64,000 bases of DNA from the NCBI GenBank assembly GCA_964016885.1, contig OZ024742.1:248868001-248932000 (forward strand), written 5' to 3'. The position numbers and the translations under genes were made by a program. The stretch comes from Eledone cirrhosa. Lineage: Eukaryota. The notes below the pieces were generated by a model. The model did not search any database and was not told the origin of the DNA. It saw nothing but the letters and a program-made list of their open reading frames with translations. Below, one piece after another: positions 59,340 to 64,000 of this stretch. How positions within the stretch are numbered: position 1 is the stretch's first letter; each line of letters begins with the position of its first letter.

Positions 59340-59584
59340 AGAGAGAGAGAGAAGGAGAGAAGGGAGCAAACAGACAGATAGGTAGAGAAATAGATACATG
59401 CATACACAAATACCTGTGTTAATGCTTGTATGTGTGAATGGACATGCAAGGTGTTTGTATAAATGTGTCTCTGTGTACACATACAATTATATACACATAC
59501 ATACATAAAAATATACATCCATTCACGCGTATATACATAAACAGACACAAATATATGTAATTATATATATATGAGTGTGTTTTC

Positions 59585-59615
<31 letters not shown>

Positions 59616-60095
59616 TGTATGTATGTATGTATGTATGTATGTATGTATGCAAGTGTGTATGTATGTATGTATGTATGTATGTATGTATGTATGTATGTAT
59701 GTATGTATGTATGTATGTATGCAAGTATGTATGTATGCAAGTATGTATGTATGTATGTAAGTATGTATGTATGTACGTATGTGTGAGTCAGTACATTTGA
59801 AAAATATAGATATAGTTTTGACTATCTTCGGAAAATATTACTAAACATTCTTATCTTGAGTTACTTTTTCATCAATTCAAGAAAAAATATATACATACAT
59901 ACATACTTACTTACATACATATATACATACATACATATATACTTGCATACATACATACATACATGCATATATACATACATACATACTTACATACATACAT
60001 ATATACATACATACATATATACTTACATATAATCATACATACATGCATGCATACATACATACATACATACATACATACATACATACATACATACA

Positions 60096-60128
<33 letters not shown>

Positions 60129-60288
60129 GTAGTATATATCAATTTTCTTTATCGATTTGGTGATACTAATTTTCGGTAAATATGAATTAAAGAGTTCTTT
60201 GTATTCTGTTCTTCAAGTCATATTGGTGCATATTGTAATATGCTATATATTAGCTTGCCTTAATCTTGCCTCTATCTACATTTAGAAT

Positions 60289-60334
<46 letters not shown>

Positions 60335-60339
<5 letters not shown>

Positions 60340-60740
60340 ATCAAAAGATGGTTAAATGAGTTCCATGTATTTTATTATGCGCATTTCAAAAACAAATATC
60401 ATCATGCAATAACATTTGTGTTTTCATTAGATAAAATAGGAGGACATGATATGAAGGTTAAAAACACTTGTGGATAGTGCAGTTTTAAATCAACATATAA
60501 ACTGCACTATCCACAAGTGTTTTTAACCTTCATATCGTGTCCTCCTATTTTATCTGATGAAAACACAAATGTTATTGCATGATGATATTTGTTTTTGAAA
60601 TGCGCATAATAAAATACATGGAACTCATTTAACCATCTTTTGATCTTATATTATGTATACTCCAGTCCTATAAACTGTAGAGTGCTTCTTATCCGATATC
60701 TGCATTGCTTTATTGTACTACAATAAAACTCACCTCCTAC

Positions 60741-60741
<1 letters not shown>
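60335..60741. mobile_element. Penelope family A fold-back (about 150-bp arms plus tail) with intact HHR at 60546-60616 (+) and a mutated copy at 60368-60438 (-)
   Basis: Homologous to 27832-28086 and 31760-31925; no coding sequence. Confidence 0.92.
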
Positions 60742-60808
<67 letters not shown>

Positions 60809-60825
60809 ATATATATATATGTATA

Positions 60826-60906
<81 letters not shown>

Positions 60907-60912
<6 letters not shown>

Positions 60913-61040
60913 TCTGAAGACAGCATATATATGTGTAGGTATGTATATTCCCTCTGATAGTTTGTAAACATTTTACATAGATCTATAGGATATGCATACC
61001 AACACTAACATATATATCCTAGAAACGATCGTAAAATGAT
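60907..61040 (+). ncRNA. Type I HHR with a ~100-nt extended stem II
   Basis: ATTATTT-CTGAAGA-[60921-61021 long hairpin]-GAAA-CGATCG-TA-AAATGAT. Confidence 0.8.
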
Positions 61041-61093
61041 GAATTTTTTAATATAAGGAACTGTTTCTTTGTTTATTCATTATTTTATTAATT

Positions 61094-61124
<31 letters not shown>

Positions 61125-61125
<1 letters not shown>

Positions 61126-61490
61126 AAGAAGAAAAGATGAAATCGAACGAAAATTCAAATGGAGTCTTATTTTTAAAAAAATATATATATTTATTTGGTT
61201 CGTTTACCGGTTTCGCAGTTCTTCTGCTTTTCAAAAGTAGAGTTGAGATAGAGATACTGTGGTTTTTCTGACATCTGATGTGAGAAAAACCACAGACCCG
61301 GCATCTCAACTTTAGTTTTGAAAAACAGAAGAACTGCGAAACCGGTAAACGAACCAAATAAATATATATATATTTTTTTAAATAAGACTCCAGTTGCATT
61401 TTCGATTTCATCTTTTTTTCTTTATACTTTCACTCGTGTAAGACACCTCAGTCATTTTTCATTTTGTAAAAAAAACCTCACTTTCTAATA
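61125..61490. mobile_element. Fold-back of the U3-A8 HHR family plus tail
   Basis: Centre near 61275. TTGAAAA-(G/A)CAG(AAGAA)CTGC-GAAA-CCGG-TA on both arms. Confidence 0.85.
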
Positions 61491-61513
61491 TATATATATA
61501 TATATAGATATAT

Positions 61514-61766
61514 CTAGGGCGGGTAAAATTCCTGAGATCCATGGACGAGTTCTCTCCAGCGGTCTCTGTCCCTCATTATCGCTGCCATATCCTGCGTCTC
61601 CAACAGACCAGTGTCTGTCCTTGGGGCATCAACATACGTTAACCTTGATCTTCCCCTGCCAGTGTGTCCATGTAGGGGCTCCCACAGGAGCACTGAGTGC
61701 AATGTCAACTCTGGATGTCGGTGAGCATGTCCAGCTAACCTCAGTATCCTCTGTGTCACTTTTGAT
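61514..61766 (-). mobile_element. RTE LINE 3' fragment
   Basis: [20 protein letters not shown]. Confidence 0.9.
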
Positions 61767-61767
61767 A

Positions 61768-61804
<37 letters not shown>

Positions 61805-61819
61805 AAAGTGACACAGAGG

Positions 61820-61881
<62 letters not shown>

Positions 61882-61896
61882 AAAGTGACACAGAGG

Positions 61897-61937
<41 letters not shown>

Positions 61938-62517
61938 CATGTTGCATTTGTGTGTATGTAGTACGGTACAATGAGGATGTTATTATCAAAACTTGGTGTA
62001 TTTCAATTTGATAAAAAATGAGAAATAAAAACTATGTGTTCTATGTTGAACTGTAATGGATATACGAATAACATTTACGTGAGAAAAAATACGCCCTAAA
62101 TGTGTTTTCAAATTTATTGATCGATGTGTTTGGTACAACAACTTAATTTCCATCAGATTATGGGCTACCATTTTAAAATATGGAAAGATACAATAGGTAA
62201 TCTCATAAAATTATTTAGATCTGTTGATATGGTCGGGGTGTTGTGCCACTAAAAGCATATTATTAGTGACAAAAATTTTCCTGACAGGTCATCGGGATTA
62301 CATTTCAGATGGAATATTTACTCAATTTGATGGACATTCAGTATTTGAATGGTTCTTTATTTTGTAAGGAGGAATGAGGAAGTTTACAGTAATTGCCGAT
62401 TTAAACGGAGGAATTAAACATGCCATAACTAAATACTCCACAGCGTTTAATCCGGCTTTCTATTGATTCGAATATACAAAAACAATAAGAATATTTATTA
62501 TTATTATTATCATTAGA

Positions 62518-63060
62518 GGTTGGGGAATTGGCAGTATTGGTAGACGGTCGAACGCCATGCTTTGCAGCATAGAGTTACCGCCCTTTATGGTAAGAGTTCA
62601 AATCCCGCCGAGGTTAACTTTGCCTTTCATCCTTACGTCGTCGCTAAAATAAAGTACCAGTAACGTGGGTTTGATATAATCGACTTTCTCCTCCCCCAGA
62701 ATTGCTGGCCTTGTGCCTATATAAGAAATCATTATTGTTATCATCAAAGGGAGGAGTGCGGGACTGTGTCCTGAATATATCTTTTTATCCCGTTAGTAAA
62801 ATAAGTCGGATTACTTTGAATAAATAATAAATGAATATTGCATAATTTATGTACTAAATTTCGTAGCTGTTGATTATTCTTATATATAATTGTTTCTATT
62901 TTTGGCTCAAGGCCAGCAATTATCTCAGTACATTACTGGTACTTTATTTCATCGACCCCGTAAGGATGAAAAGGAAAGTTGACCTCAGCGGGTTTTGATC
63001 TCAGACCATAAAGGGTCGCAACTCTATGCTGTAAAGCATGGCGTCCGACCCTCTACCGAT
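62518..63060. mobile_element. Two tRNA-SINE copies (62518-62733 plus; 62888-63060 minus)
   Basis: Consensus match. Confidence 0.85.
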
Positions 63061-63268
63061 AAGAATGATTGTTTATTCTAAGATTCACTTCTTTAAACAT
63101 TTTCAAATGTCAATAATTCCGGTTATGATATAACTGACGAACGCTTATATAAACGTTCACATATTTGCATCGTTATATCATAACGTTTATATTGCATATA
63201 ATATCAATATGCACACTACACATGCTAGCAGAAAACCACCCTAATGGTGGTTTTCTGCTAGTTTAAAT

Positions 63269-63556
63269 AATTGTTTCTACTTTTGGCACAAGGCCAGCAA
63301 TTACCCAGTACATTACTGGTACTTTATTTTATCGACCCCGTAACGATGAAAGGCAAAGTTAACCTCGGCGGGATTTGAACTCAGACCATAACTCTTTGCT
63401 GCAAAGCATGGCGTCAGACCCTCTAACGGTACTGCCAATCCACCTCCTAGTTTAAATAATTGTTTCTACTTTAGGCACAAGGCCAGCAATTACCCAGTGT
63501 ATTACTGGTACTTTATTTTATCGACCCCGTAACGACGAAAGGCAAAGTCAACCCGC
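63269..63556 (-). mobile_element. Two tandem tRNA-SINE copies sharing the TSD CTAGTTTAAATAAT
   Basis: TSD at 63258, 63447 and 63556. Confidence 0.9.
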
Positions 63557-64000
63557 TAGTTTAAATAATGATAAATATAATAATACGTTCCTGTATTAGC
63601 CACAATGTCTTTTACGTGGAACATAAAAAGGATTACGAACAAAAGGATTATGATACATATCGGGTTAGATGAAATAAATTATATCAACAGGAGGGTAAGG
63701 GCAAGTATACAAAGACGCTTTAAAGTTGAATAAATACATTATATTCATAAAAGAATATTAATAGTAACAATATTAAGATGAATCTTGCTATCAATTTTTT
63801 TTTCTAGATATTTTAAAAGTAAATGACCTGCAAGAATCCGAGTTGCCAGCTTCAGATGAAGGTTGGTTTACAATATTATTTTTATTATTTTCTCTCTCTG
63901 CACATTGCACGATTCCTATCTTTTAGTGCACACACACAAATATGATCGGTACACCATATATCACCTATAAATTATACGCATTTCTCTTTATCTATATATA

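Overview
AT-rich, microsatellite-saturated animal genomic DNA. The SINE content and repeat landscape suggest an octopus or another coleoid cephalopod; this is inference, not a database match. Almost every ORF in the supplied track is a (TA)n/(CA)n artefact. The window looks like the intronic interior of a + strand gene. Three phase-compatible exons (12328-12407, 23064-23181, 34582-34734), and possibly a fourth (50710-50872), encode a Cys-patterned, probably secreted protein. The rest is mobile DNA: about 18 copies of a tRNA-derived SINE, RTE, Tx1/L1 and RLE-type LINE fragments, Helitron pieces, MITEs, and a degenerate Penelope-like element (RT + GIY-YIG) with inverted termini. The main hidden signal is RNA structure. 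About 20 type I hammerhead-ribozyme (HHR) motifs or relics, from roughly 10 sequence families, read as stem I-CUGANGA-stem II-GAAA-tiny palindromic stem III-UH-stem I'. Many sit in short non-coding fold-back units inserted in (TA)n tracts, and the fold-back often turns at the ribozyme helices. One family forms ~425-nt head-to-tail monomers with an HHR and an octamer motif, like a non-LTR retrozyme. A second HHR element carries a 33-bp octamer array. Several copies show a compensatory U3-A8 core.
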